A DNA stretch of 63,037 bases, the filler included, from Octopus bimaculoides (taxonomy: Eukaryota): NCBI RefSeq assembly GCF_001194135.2. It is 6 parts of 6 records of this genome, joined end to end, with 100 filler letters (N's around TTAATTAATTAA, not from the genome) between each part and the next. Parts side by side here need not be neighbours in the genome. Positions count along the whole stretch, not along the records: positions 15,232 to 31,056 come from NC_069005.1; positions 31,157 to 35,635 come from NW_026363629.1; positions 35,736 to 40,555 come from NC_068988.1; 3 more parts are not named here. One strand, 5' to 3'. Under the pieces are notes generated by a model. It did not search any database, was not told the origin of the DNA, and worked only from the letters and a program-made list of their open reading frames with translations. The number at the start of each line of letters is the position of its first letter. The first letter of the stretch is position 1. This document shows, in pieces, positions 22,426 to 36,020 of this stretch. The translations under genes and the position numbers were made by a program.

Positions 22426-22949
22426 GGTGTGGGAGGCAAAGCAGCTTAACACAAAGGCTCAGATTTAAAGAGAAGGGATCGGGTTGATTGTGTCCCCTAC
22501 GATATAAAACTGAACCACAAATTAAGGGTTACGGGGTACAACTGGAGATAAATTNNNNNNNNNNNNNNNNNNNNNNNNNNNNNNNNNNNNNNNNNNNNNN
22601 NNNNNNNNNNNNNNNNNNNNNNNNNNNNNNNNNNNNNNNNNNNNNNNNNNNNNNNNNNNNNNNNNNNNNNNNNNNNNNNNNNNNNNNNNNNNNNNNNNNN
22701 NNNNNNNNNNNNNNNNNNNNNNNNNNNNNNNNNNNNNNNNNNNNNNNNNNNNNNNNNNNNNNNNNNNNNNNNNNNNNNNNNNNNNNNNNNNNNNNNNNNN
22801 NNNNNNNNNNNNNNNNNNNNNNNNNNNNNNNNNNNNNNNNNNNNNNNNNNNNNNNNNNNNNNNNNNNNNNNNNNNNNNNNNNNNNNNNNNNNNNNNNNNN
22901 ATTTTGTTGCAATATATAAATGCGCGCGCGTGTGTGTTTCTTAGTCATT

Positions 22950-23312
22950 AGACTGCGGCCATGCTGGGGCACCGCCTTGAATTTTTGTCGAACAAATCAA
23001 CTCTGGCACTTATCATTTTTTGCTTTTGTAAAGCATGGTAATTATTCTATTGGTAACTTATGCCGAACCGTTAAGTTATGTGGACGTAAACATACCCACA
23101 CCGGTTGTCAAGTAGTGGGGGAACAAACACAGACACAAAGATGCACACACACACACACACACACGTATACAACGGGTTTCTTTCAGTTTCCATCAGCCAA
23201 ATTTACTGATAAGGCTTCGTTCGGCTTGACACTAGCCCAAGATGTCACGCAGAGGGACTGAACCTGGAAACATGTGGTTGAGAAGCAAAATTCTTACGAT
23301 ACTGCAACGCCT
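22950..23312 (-). mobile_element. SINE family B
   Basis: GACTGCGGCCATGCTGGGGCACCGCC through GAACCTGGAAACATGTGGTTG is the reverse complement of the family B tail and head. Confidence 0.75.
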
Positions 23313-23319
23313 GCGCATC

Positions 23320-23357
<38 letters not shown>

Positions 23358-24623
23358 TGTGAATGTACATACACATACGCACGCACATACACACATATAT
23401 CTATGCACACATACATATCTAGACAAACATTCTCCTGTTTCACCAAACAGCTTTGCTGATAACAACACAGATGTGTTACTTTATTTACCTGACACAGAAT
23501 ATTACCAGCAACAACAATAACAACAACATCAACAACAACAGCACCATGAATAACAGCATCAACAACAACACCATGTGTTTTGTTGGCCACAAAGACACAA
23601 GACATGATGAAAGATACAAGTGCAATGCGCAGAAACAGTCCATGTGTTGGTGGTGGTGGTGGTGGTGATGGTGGTGGTGATTACACGGAGCGAAACAGGG
23701 CAACATTTAACAAAAACTATAAAAAAATAATAAATAAACTATAAATAAAGTTAACGATATGGAGCAACAATATAAAAAGATCCCTCAAATGGGAGTGGGG
23801 ATCAATCAAATTTGGTGGGATTTAGAACCTCACCAATACAAAACACCAGATTGTCCTGACACAGCGCATTCTCGCACTTCTGACCACCAACATAGAGCCA
23901 CACAGTGTAATTTGTCAATCAGTCATACTTGTTTAGTCTGCCTCATCCAACGCTCATAAAATTTACTAGAGGGAAGCTTTGTGTGTGTGTGTGTGTGTGT
24001 GTGTGTATAATATCAGAGTTTTCCTTCTCCTAGAGATATGTTTAAACAAAGACTAGGGATCTCCCACTCTTAGATGTTTGGATGGTCGTTGACTCTACTG
24101 ACAATTGGCAGGTTTTCTTTTTCGTCATGCAGAGTTTCCTGCGTAGACCCCTTCCTTACGAAGCAGTCTTCATGGGCTTGCCGGGTTAGTCACCGATGGC
24201 CCGATCATGCGACAGATTGTACTGGGTTACATGTTACAAATGGCACTATGAGTGATTGAAGTAACATTGCTGTGCCTCCAACGATGGAGATTAGTTGTTT
24301 ATTCTGGGCAAATTCATGCCATGGTTAGAGAGCGGGTTTGGTCCTGCTCAAGGTCATTCCTCACTTAAAATGGCTTCGGGTATCTCTTGATTTTAAACAC
24401 CTGCATTCTGGCTGGGTATAGTTGAAGGAGGCCAAGTATTCGATGTAAGATTCCACGATAGACCTAAGAGGTGCCCATCGTTACCACATCTGTACAAGAG
24501 TGAACAAGCCCCTAACAATATCCGTGTTGCTCATATTTAAGAGAGCAATCAAGCTATGCCATTGCCTGGAATCGAGTTGCAGTCATCATATATGCCATGT
24601 ACATACATACACACACATGTATA

Positions 24624-24657
<34 letters not shown>

Positions 24658-24733
24658 CACTCACACACACACATGATATATTGATTATTCATTATTTAAT
24701 TGAACGCGATGCATCCATTTCCAAGTAAGTTTT

Positions 24734-24790
<57 letters not shown>

Positions 24791-25555
24791 CTGTGTATAT
24801 GCATTACCATATATGGTCAAATGAAGAGAGAGATTAAGATAAATTGACTTTTGATCTTTGTGTTTATGATGTAATATAACCCCCGCCCCACTAAATTATC
24901 GAGTTTCATTTTGTATTCTTCTGAGGTTCATATAAACAACGGCAATCAGGGCTCCAGTCTGGCCGTATCCAAGGACTGATAGTAGTAAAAGGAAAACAAC
25001 ATATGCGTATGCACATTAAAAATATAAATTCACACACACACACACACACACGCGTACATCCACAAATATGTATGCTTATATGTGTGTGTGTGTGTGTGTG
25101 TGTAAAGCTATATCCATCACATTGCTTCCCCCTCATTCTCTATATTCTGACTCTTTCTTTTTNNNNNNNNNNNNNNNNNNNNNNNNNNNNNNNNNNNNNN
25201 NNNNNNNNNNNNNNNNNNNNNNNNNNNNNNNNNNNNNNNNNNNNNNNNNNNNNNNNNNNNNNNNNNNNNNNNNNNNNNNNNNNNNNNNNNNNNNNNNNNN
25301 NNNNNNNNNNNNNNNNNNNNNNNNNNNNNNNNNNNNNNNNNNNNNNNNNNNNNNNNNNNNNNNNNNNNNNNNNNNNNNNNNNNNNNNNNNNNNNNNNNNN
25401 NNNNNNNNNNNNNNNNNNNNNNNNNNNNNNNNNNNNNNNNNNNNNNNNNNNNNNNNNNNNNNATATATATATATATATGCGTGCGCACGTGTGCTCTGTG
25501 TGTGTGTAAGTTTGTGTAACAATGAGTGTTTCTACTTTTGTGTGCGCGTGCGCAG

Positions 25556-25592
<37 letters not shown>

Positions 25593-25676
25593 TATATATA
25601 ATCATAAACTAAGATCAATATAAACATTTACGTACTTATGTGTGTGTGCGTCTCTTGCTGAATATGTGCAACGTAC

Positions 25677-25709
<33 letters not shown>

Positions 25710-26028
25710 ACTATAGATATAGGCTGTGCGCATGCGTGTGTCACGCTAGACTGCGCTATCTATCTAATTAGTTATTTCCCTTATCATCGCCATCTTGTTC
25801 ACGTCAGCGCGTCTCAAATGTTTCGTTTCCGTCAATAGCAGCAATGCCTGCCGGGATATGCTCAACCATTATTTCACAAATAGATTATAAATAGCACGAT
25901 AAACGTTACATTGACCAGCAATTAATTTTCGTATCTCGATGGCGTATAACTTTATCTGTTCGTACACGACCGTGTATATACGTATGTATTATAAACATAC
26001 ATATACGTACATACATGCATACATATAA

Positions 26029-26059
<31 letters not shown>

Positions 26060-26639
26060 NNNNNNNNNNNNNNNNNNNNNNNNNNNNNNNNNNNNNNNNN
26101 NNNNNNNNNNNNNNNNNNNNNNNNNNNNNNNNNNNNNNNNNNNNNNNNNNNNNNNNNNNNNNNNNNNNNNNNNNNNNNNNNNNNNNNNNNNNNNNNNNNN
26201 NNNNNNNNNNNNNNNNNNNNNNNNNNNNNNNNNNNNNNNNNNNNNNNNNNNNNNNNNNNNNNNNNNNNNNNNNNNNNNNNNNNNNNNNNNNNNNNNNNNN
26301 NNNNNNNNNNNNNNNNNNNNNNNNNNNNNNNNNNNNNNNNNNNNNNNNNNNNNNNNNNNNNNNNNNNNNNNNNNNNNNNNNNNNNNNNNNNNNNNNNNNN
26401 NNNNNNNNNNNNNNNNNNNNNNNNNNNNNNNNNNNNNNNNNNNNNNNNNNNNNNNNNNNNNNNNNNNNNNNNNNNNNNNNNNNNNNNNNNNNNNNNNNNN
26501 NNNNNNNNNNNNNNNNNNNNNNNNNNNNNNNNNNNNNNNNNNNNNNNNNNNNNNNNNNNNNNNNNNNNNNNNNNNNNNNNNNNNNNNNNNNNNNNNNNNN
26601 NNNNNNNNNNNNNNNNNNNNNNNNNNNNNNNCACATTTC

Positions 26640-27098
26640 TTGATAGGAGAAGGTTTAAAGTTTATTTTAAGGTGGTCTGCACTCAAAATGTGCGCCATGA
26701 ACACCGATGCAACCATTTTCTGTGAAATTTTTCTGCCATTCGTAAATTTGCTTGCGACGAGGTGAATTTTTTATTGAATTGGCGGCGAAATTCACGTTGC
26801 ACTTGCACAATTGGTTCGCATTTCTCAAACTGCAACACAAAAAGACTTTTCTTGTGGCGTCGCCATTTTCTAAGAGATTACACAAATGAAAATTATACAA
26901 CTTTAAATAAAATGAACAAAACGAAACATTAAAACAAAATTAAAATATTATTTTATTTAAGGCGTAATTCAATTGATGATGTTCAGCTTTAAACTTTAAA
27001 GCTTCCCCTATCAAGAAATATGTAGAATGTGTTTGTGTCTCTTACCGTTTGGTTTTAAAATAAATTTGAAATCTGTTCTTTCTTTTTGAATAACCCTG
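26640..27098 (-). mobile_element. Tc1/mariner relic with DUF4817-like N-terminal HTH
   Basis: TA|CAGGGTTATTCAAAAAG terminus at 27098. From ATG 26866: MATPQEKSFCV...VQREFRRQFNK, then frameshifted RKQIYEWQKNFTENGCI. Confidence 0.75.
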
Positions 27099-27418
27099 TA
27101 TATATGTGTGTGTGTGGGGGGGTATGCTCATATACCCATGCATATCGTTGTTGACGACATAAGAATTTTATAAACTTTCGGGAGAACGTGAAGTAATTCT
27201 TTTTTGAAACTGGATGTTGAATCATGCATAAGCCTAGAAACAATGGCATAGAAATATTAGATTGACAAATCCTTTGAAAAGAAAAAAGCCGAAGGCTGCC
27301 CAAGGGAGACTTTTTATCCCGAAGGGGTTTCCAAACCCAAGTTTTACAAATGAATTATACATACATACATGCATACATACATACTCATATATATGTATAA
27401 TATATGTCTGTCTGTCTG

Positions 27419-27456
<38 letters not shown>

Positions 27457-27634
27457 TGTATATGTATGCATGTATATGTATGTATATATATATGCATATA
27501 TATATATATATATGTATGTATATGTATATATATATATATATATATATNNNNNNNNNNNNNNNNNNNNNNNNNNNNNNNNNNNNNNNNNNNNNNNNNNNNN
27601 NNNNNNNNNNNNNNNNNNNNNNNNNNNNNNNNNN

Positions 27635-27670
<36 letters not shown>

Positions 27671-27984
27671 CATGTATATATATATGCATATATATATAGT
27701 TATGTATGTATATGTATGTATACACACATGTATGTACCTAATATCTATGTCTATATATGTATATACATATATCTATGTATATGTATGCATACACACACAT
27801 ATGTTTATGTATATACACGTGTGTGTGTGTGACCAGGTTGCGGGGTGGAGTATTTGAGGACATATTTTCTAATTTAATAAAACAACTCTAATCTTGCGAA
27901 AATTAAAAGATATTTTAATAGAAATTGGTGCACTGGTTCTCAGAATGTTTTTGTGTGTGTGTGTGTGGATGGGGGGGGGGATTA

Positions 27985-28586
27985 TTCTATGACTCCGGCT
28001 TCAGCTTCGGTGACTTTCTTCAATGCAGGACTTGAATCATTGACATATCACTTAATAGTCTCATCAGAGAAGAACCAAAGCATGGATCAAACAATTATCT
28101 CGTATCTTTGCGGACAAAGAATTGGTTTCTCTTCGGCACATACGACTTGTATTAAATATCTTTGAGCACCACAGTTCTGATAGTCCACTTCGACACCGGA
28201 AGCTCTTTGGTCGTGGCCCACGTGGATCCTCCAAGATCATCATCAATAAGGTTTTGGACTTTTGGGAGGAACTGCGGTGCCCCCCTCCTTATACTGTCTG
28301 AACGACGTTTTGAATGTATTTTCTTTCTCTTTCGTACGGTGAAAACATTCTGACCAATTCCATCCGAAGTCTGCATACAAAAAGACCTTGCAACATTCAG
28401 AAAGTTGGCAATCTCTAAATCGTTGTATTCCGCGCTCGAATGGCAATAATGGTTGCATGTCTTTTAATTTCTTGTGTTAGCATTTCATCTGTCAAAAGGA
28501 AGATAAAGATATTAAAATCATTTGTTTCTTCATCTTTATTTTAGAGTTGCTTTATGAAATTACCATATATGTGTCTTTCTGCACCC

Positions 28587-28588
<2 letters not shown>
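27985..28588 (-). mobile_element. Tc1/mariner-superfamily relic, internally deleted
   Basis: From ATG 28483: MLTQEIKRHA; LEIANFLNVARSF; KIHSKRRSDSIR; VQNLIDDD; VSKWTIRTVVLKDI*YKSY; WFFSDE (first catalytic Asp). TA-flanked TAGGGTGC end at 28588. Confidence 0.8.
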
Positions 28589-28678
<90 letters not shown>

Positions 28679-30194
28679 TAACGTTCCGTCAGTCACTGTG
28701 TTGATGAAATAACTCGACGTTGTGTAAATTCTAGAGAGAAATATATCATGTTCGTGCACCCTCCAACTGACAGACCACATATACGGGTGGAATTACCCGA
28801 AACTGGGACAGCAGAAGGGCGAAATATTGATGTTTCAGTTGGTATATTTACATATCCCTTCTCGGGGGTGGACACCAAGTCCCCGCGAAAGTATCTGAAA
28901 CCAGAATTACAAATATGCTGTCTGTCTGTCTCTCTCTCTCGCACCCTCCCGCTCTCCATCTTCCTCCTCCTCTCTCTCTCACGCATCTAAACTAATTAAA
29001 TCACATACTTCGTAGTGTAACCACGTCATATTCTAAATATGCCTTTCTTGCACTTCACACACAAACACGCACATACACACATCTCTCTCTCTCTCTATTT
29101 CTCTATCTCTCTCTCTTTCTCTCTCTCTCTCCCTTCTCTTTCTCTCGCTCTCTCTCTGTCTTCCTGTTCTGACAATACATCTAGCTTTTATATCTTTATA
29201 TCAATGTATTCACGTGAATTATTCCTGTATACATGATGCTTTATACAATGAAAGACGCAACTACATTATATAAGCAATATTAAATACGAGTATCGTGTTG
29301 TAGACATAGACAAGCATACATTTACACACATGCACACGTACGAATATGTATANNNNNNNNNNNNNNNNNNNNNNNNNNNNNNNNNNNNNNNNNNNNNNNN
29401 NNNNNNNNNNNNNNNNNNNNNNNNNNNNNNNNNNNNNNNNNNNNNNNNNNNNTTGTTTTTTTTCTTTTGTCCTCCCCTCCCCTTCTTCCTTGGCCCACTC
29501 CTTCTACCCTCCTCCCTAACCTCTCTCTCTCTCTTTCTCCCTCCGTCTTTTACTGGAAACGCCATCATTTTTTTATTGCTGTTCCCATGATTATAGTTAG
29601 CCTACAAGTTTGTTTGTTTGATTATTTGCCCCTCCCCTCCCCTCCCCTGCCCGGTCGCCTCCATCGCTGCCATCTTGTTTATCAATATCTTCATTATTAT
29701 TATTATTATTATTATTATTGTTGTTGTTGTTGTTGTTCTCTCCATGCCTCCCATTGTTCTTAGTCATCCCAATTTCCGCCATTTTAGATTAAACATGGCT
29801 ACTGCCTGTATCTCGAAGCGAGGCTTGATCTTATCTTTATCGTTACGACTTGCAGCAATCGACAACCCTCTCCCCTACCCCCTTTCCCCCCTGCTATGGA
29901 CAGGAAGTGGTCACACCCCCAATACATCTCCGTATTATATTATTAGTAATGGCTGCTCATTGTTGTTGTTGTTGTTGGTGGTGATTTGTTGTTATTGTTA
30001 ATGCATGGGAAATGGGGCGAGAGCCTTACATATTTTCTGTTGGATAGGCATATATATATATATATATGTGTGTATATGTATATATATATGTATGTATATA
30101 TATATATGTATGTATATATATATGTATGTATATATATATGTATATCTACATACGTATATAGACATGCCTATGTACATGCACGCATGCCTATCTG

Positions 30195-30259
<65 letters not shown>

Positions 30260-31016
30260 ATATACATATATATATATATGTACACGTCCGCGTGCATGCA
30301 CATACACACACACACACGTGTCTGGATAAAGAATCTGATGCAAAGGTTTTGCAGTCGATGAAATAAAGTTTCTAAATTCTTTCCAAGCTGATGACAGAAT
30401 ATTTTGGTGCGCAGACGATGTCTTCGATTCGGTTGCGAGGAATTAAGAATTTTTTTAACTTCGTTAACTTCGAATTGTATAAGAATGGTCCGGTTTGTGC
30501 TCCTTGGTATATTGTCCGTATGGTTCGTAAACCAGTTTCACAATCACATGATTCCTACTTCAAGCCCACATTACAGCATCATAGGAAAGTATCTGGTATT
30601 ATTTAATCCTTGGATCGACCAAAACTTTGGGTGGGTGGGGAAACGGAAAAAGGGTGGTATCCGGGTGGTTCGGCCATATCTAATAAATCACAATATTTGC
30701 TCATTGACTTCCTTACAAACGCAAGGATATTGCTCTCCCACGTCCGACAAAGCCACAACAGACAATAGTTTTGGTAATTCTGGAAATTTCTCTCACTCGC
30801 ACCACCACCACCATTTGTTACAATAGCTGAAGTCATTGCTTTTAATTAAACAAAAACGATTGTCTTTATTTTGGCTTATGACGTCAGAAGAGTTTTTTTT
30901 AATTGTTATTTTGATTAAAAATAATTGGAATGTAAGAAGAAATGGTTGGAATTACTTGAAGAAACTCTGTAAGCTGCGGACAGACACGGCCAGTGTGCGA
31001 CTGAGGTCGTGTATAC

Positions 31017-31049
<33 letters not shown>

Positions 31050-31156
31050 CATATATNNNNNNNNNNNNNNNNNNNNNNNNNNNNNNNNNNNNNNNNNNNN
31101 TTAATTAATTAANNNNNNNNNNNNNNNNNNNNNNNNNNNNNNNNNNNNNNNNNNNN

Positions 31157-31483
31157 AGGACAAAGATAAAGAACTCCTTCAGTCATGAATGACCATGGGA
31201 TTGCACCTAGAAAGCTACCCTTGAAGACCAGCAGTTACCTATGCATACCAGCCTCCCTTCTCCATGCCATCAATGTAATCCAAAGGAGAAGCAAAGGCTG
31301 TTGTCGCTTGATACCAGTGACATTGCAATTCATTTCTACAGATGAGTGAACTAGAGTAATGTGAAATACTCTATTTCACATTACTCTAGTTCACTCATCT
31401 TGCTCAAGAACACAATACAGGAATCAAACTTACTACCTCATTATTGTGAGCCCAACACTCTACCTACTGAGCCATGTGCCTTC
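31157..31483 (-). mobile_element. SINE family A head and core with a different tail (tail Y) and an internal perfect hairpin
   Basis: GAAGGCACATGGCTCAGTAGG head matches 1645; core matches; 3' part is unrelated to the 1645 tail. Confidence 0.7.
31340..31400. repeat. Perfect inverted repeat, 29-bp arms, 3-nt loop
   Basis: AGATGAGTGAACTAGAGTAATGTGAAATA-CTC-TATTTCACATTACTCTAGTTCACTCATCT. Confidence 0.97.
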
Positions 31484-31517
31484 GCACCCACACACACACA
31501 CACACAAAAACGGACAG

Positions 31518-31895
31518 GGCTGTGTGGTAAGAAGTCTGCTTCCCAACCACAGTATTCTGGGTCAACCCGGAACCATGTGGTTGGGAAGCAAACTTCTTAT
31601 CACTCTTTTTTCAAAATGCATTGCACATCAGGTAAGTGTCTTCTACTATAGCCTGAGACTGACCAAAGCTTTGTGAGTGGATATAAGCTCATCATGTATG
31701 TGTGTGTGTGTGTGTGCTTCTCCCACTACTATCTGACCACAGGTGTTGGTGTGTTTACATCCTGTAACTAAGCAGTGCAGCAAAAGAGACCAACAGAATA
31801 AGTACCCAGCTTTAAAAAAATTAGTACTGGTGTCAATTCATTTCACTAAAAATTCTTCAAGGCAGTACTCCAGCATGGCCGTAAAGAAGTAAAAG
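31518..31895 (+). mobile_element. SINE family B (diverged)
   Basis: GGCTGTGTGGTAAGAAG head; GTCTTCTACTATAGCC core; CTCCAGCATGGCC tail. Confidence 0.75.
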
Positions 31896-31896
31896 G

Positions 31897-31928
<32 letters not shown>

Positions 31929-31945
31929 TACACACACTGATATAG

Positions 31946-31983
<38 letters not shown>

Positions 31984-33237
31984 NNNNNNNNNNNNNNNNN
32001 NNNNNNNNNNNNNNNNNNNNNNNNNNNNNNNNNNNNNNNNNNNNNNNNNNNNNNNNNNNNNNNNNNNNNNNNNNNNNNNNNNNNNNNNNNNNNNNNNNNN
32101 NNNNNNNNNNNNNNNNNNNNNNNNNNNNNNNNNNNNNNNNNNNNNNNNNNNNNNNNNNNNNNNNNNNNNNNNNNNNNNNNNNNNNNNNNNNNNNNNNNNN
32201 NNNNNNNNNNNNNNNNNNNNNNNNNNNNNNNNNNNNNNNNNNNNNNNNNNNNNNNNNNNNNNNNNNNNNNNNNNNNNNNNNNNNNNNNNNNNNNNNNNNN
32301 NNNNNNNNNNNNNNNNNNNNNNNNNNNNNNNNNNNNNNNNNNNNNNNNNNNNNNNNNNNNNNNNNNNNNNNNNNNNNNNNNNNNNNNNNNNNNNNNNNNN
32401 NNNNNNNNNNNNNNNNNNNNNNNNNNNNNNNNNNNNNNNNNNNNNNNNNNNNNNNNNNNNNNNNNNNNNNNNNNNNNNNNNNNNNNNNNNNNNNNNNNNN
32501 NNNNNNNNNNNNNNNNNNNNNNNNNNNNNNNNNNNNNNNNNNNNNNNNNNNNNNNNNNNNNNNNNNNNNNNNNNNNNNNNNNNNNNNNNNNNNNNNNNNN
32601 NNNNNNNNNNNNNNNNNNNNNNNNNNNNNNNNNNNNNNNNNNNNNNNNNNNNNNNNNNNNNNNNNNNNNNNNNNNNNNNTATATATATATATATATATAT
32701 TCATGTGTGTGTGTGTCTTTGTTTGTCTCCTCACCATCACTTGACAATTGATGTTGGTGTGTTAATGTCCCTGTAACTTAACAGTTTGGCAAAAAAGTCC
32801 AATAGAAGTACCAGGTGAACAAAGAATAAATCCTGGGGTCGAGTTCTTCGACTAAAACCTTCAAGACAGTGCTGCAACATGGCCATAGTCAAATGATTGA
32901 AACATGTAAAGGAATAAAAGAAAAGGCATAAATAATGGGCCTTACACATTTATTAATTTGTGCATCTTCTGCAATGCACAAGTAAATGAATGTGTAAAGC
33001 CCATTACCTATGCCTTTTCTTGTGTATCACTCACTGAAAACATGCCATATTAACTGAGTAAAGCGACCATAGATTTACCAAGTTGACTTGTGATGGACTT
33101 TAACTTCGAATCTTCCTGTAAGATTTTTTAAGTTCTATACCAATAAGAAAACCTTTTGTTAGCCTGGTGTCTTAGTTTATTTGTATTAGCAAAGAGCTTA
33201 AGTATCCTGCCTCGACTGATAATACCTTATCAATAAA

Positions 33238-33278
<41 letters not shown>

Positions 33279-34503
33279 AAAGAAAGAAAATAGAGAATTA
33301 TGGATGTATAAGTAATTTATTTGTATGGTATTATGAGGTTGAAAGTCTTTTTAGGAAAAACAGTACAGATAAATTATAAATTATAGAGATCAAAAAAAGA
33401 AATGGCAGACGTAAAAAACCTACATATATGTTTTGATTCATGCCCCTAGGTAATTCATAATTCTAAGCATTTGGGTAGGGTCAAATGTTAAGAATTTGTT
33501 ATCATTTTCAATTATGCAGGGCAGAACAATATGTATTATTACAATAATCTCTAACATATCATTGAGATTTTCTCCCTATATTATAGTGATTAACCAGTGA
33601 AATGTTTGGATTATTTAATCCCTAATGAGAGGACTTGACATCCTTGAATTGACTATATATATATATACATATACACACAGACGGACACATAGATAGAGAG
33701 CAGATATATATATATATATATATAATCTAAATATTTTTCAACCAAAGTTTGGGCCAGGCAACGTCTAACTTAATAGCACCACCTGATAGGATTAACTAAA
33801 ACTTTTTAAAGTCAAGTTTTATGGTATCATGATCCATTTGAATAAGGAATTCTTGTTGAGTGAGTTGTGTCTGGGTATAGGTGGGTTATCTAGTATTCCT
33901 TGAAGATATTTGCACAGATTCCGTATATATCATCATCATCATTAAATGATGATACATAATCTCATACACTTATGTATATAAATATATGTGCATATATTCA
34001 TATACATTCATATATATATATATATATATATATGTACATATATTCATATATATATATATGTACATATATCCACACACGTATGTGTGTGTGTGTGTGAATA
34101 TATTATTATATATATTTGGTAGAGACACACACACACATATATATACATACATGTAAATATATTCATATGTACTTGTAGTCATATATATATACACATATAT
34201 ATTCTGAGTAAAATATGTATTCCTAAATGTAAGAAAATTGCTTCAGGTTGAGTCCTACTACATGGTACCATGGGCAACAGCCTTTTAGCTTTATCATATA
34301 TTGCCCTGAGCAAACTAAAGCCTTGCCAACAGAAGTAATAGACAGGAACCACCTCATCTCATGTCTTCCTGGGTTTACCTCTTCCACAGTTAGGGATCAA
34401 CATTTCTTTACACAGCTGTTCTGATCCATACGCATTACATAATCATACCATGCATTTATATATATATATTTATATATATCTATATATCTATACATATATG
34501 CAT

Positions 34504-35110
34504 ATAAATACATTCATATATATATATATAAATACATTCATATACATCTATATAAATACATTCATATATATATANNNNNNNNNNNNNNNNNNNNNNNNNN
34601 NNNNNNNNNNNNNNNNNNNNNNNNNNNNNNNNNNNNNNNNNNNNNNNNNNNNNNNNNNNNNNNNNNNNNNNNNNNNNNNNNNNNNNNNNNNNNNNNNNNN
34701 NNNNNNNNNNNNNNNNNNNNNNNNNNNNNNNNNNNNNNNNNNNNNNNNNNNNNNNNNNNNNNNNNNNNNNNNNNNNNNNNNNNNNNNNNNNNNNNNNNNN
34801 NNNNNNNNNNNNNNNNNNNNNNNNNNNNNNNNNNNNNNNNNNNNNNNNNNNNNNNNNNNNNNNNNNTATACATATAATATACATGAATAAATTCAAATAT
34901 ATATATATATAAATACATTCATATACATCTATATAAATACATTCATATATATATATATAAATACATTCACATATATATATAAATACATTCATATATATCT
35001 ATATAAATACATTCACATATATATATAAATACATTCACATATATATATAAATACATTCACATATATATATAAATACATTCCTATATATATAAATACATTC
35101 ATATATATAT
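34504..35110. repeat. AT-rich ~20-22-bp minisatellite (ATATATATAAATACATTC core), spanning a gap
   Basis: More than 10 recurrences of AAATACATTC separated by (AT)n on both sides of the 34575-34866 gap. Confidence 0.85.
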
Positions 35111-35989
35111 AAACAAATACATCCATACACACACTTGTATATATATATGAATATATTTATGAATGGCCATATAATGACACACGTGCTTTTCTTCAGACTC
35201 TCTACTCCCTCCTCCTTTTCCTCTTCTCTGGACATTTTTTCTGCATCCAACAAAGAGCCATGCTTCAAATGTCATTTCTCTTCCTACTTTTCTATGTAAA
35301 ACTTCCAGTGAGTGTCAATCTAATATATTCATTGTGCATGGCTACTTCGCTTTTCTTGTTTTATCCTTTTTTATTTATTTTTCATGGATTTGCAAGCCTG
35401 GAAAACAGATGTTAATTGGTGATGATGATGATTATATATATGAATGTATTTATGTCTCTGTGTGTGTGTGTATATATATATACATACACACACACATATA
35501 TATATATACATATATATATGTATATATATCTATATATACATATACACACACACATATATATGTATATATATATATAATAATATACATATATATATATAAT
35601 AATATATATATATATATATATAATAATATATATATNNNNNNNNNNNNNNNNNNNNNNNNNNNNNNNNNNNNNNNNNNNNTTAATTAATTAANNNNNNNNN
35701 NNNNNNNNNNNNNNNNNNNNNNNNNNNNNNNNNNNGAATGTCATATATCTCATATGTAATATAATATTTATTATCTATATCTAATACATTACTTCAATAT
35801 CTAATGCAATATAAACAATATTTAAAAAAATTATATTAAATATCTTCAAATGTCTGACAAGTAATTGTTTTGAAGTATAAGATCTAGCAAAAGACCTTAA
35901 AGGTTTAAAAATATCAAAAGACATTAATTTTCCTAAGTATATTACCTTAAACTATATAATATACAGATATATTCTGCTAATGCTTTTGC

Positions 35990-36020
<31 letters not shown>

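Noticed and set aside
30379-30606. Coding exon after the good-looking acceptor TTCTTTCCAAG
   Set aside because: No recognisable domain in any frame and no convincing donor or partner exon.
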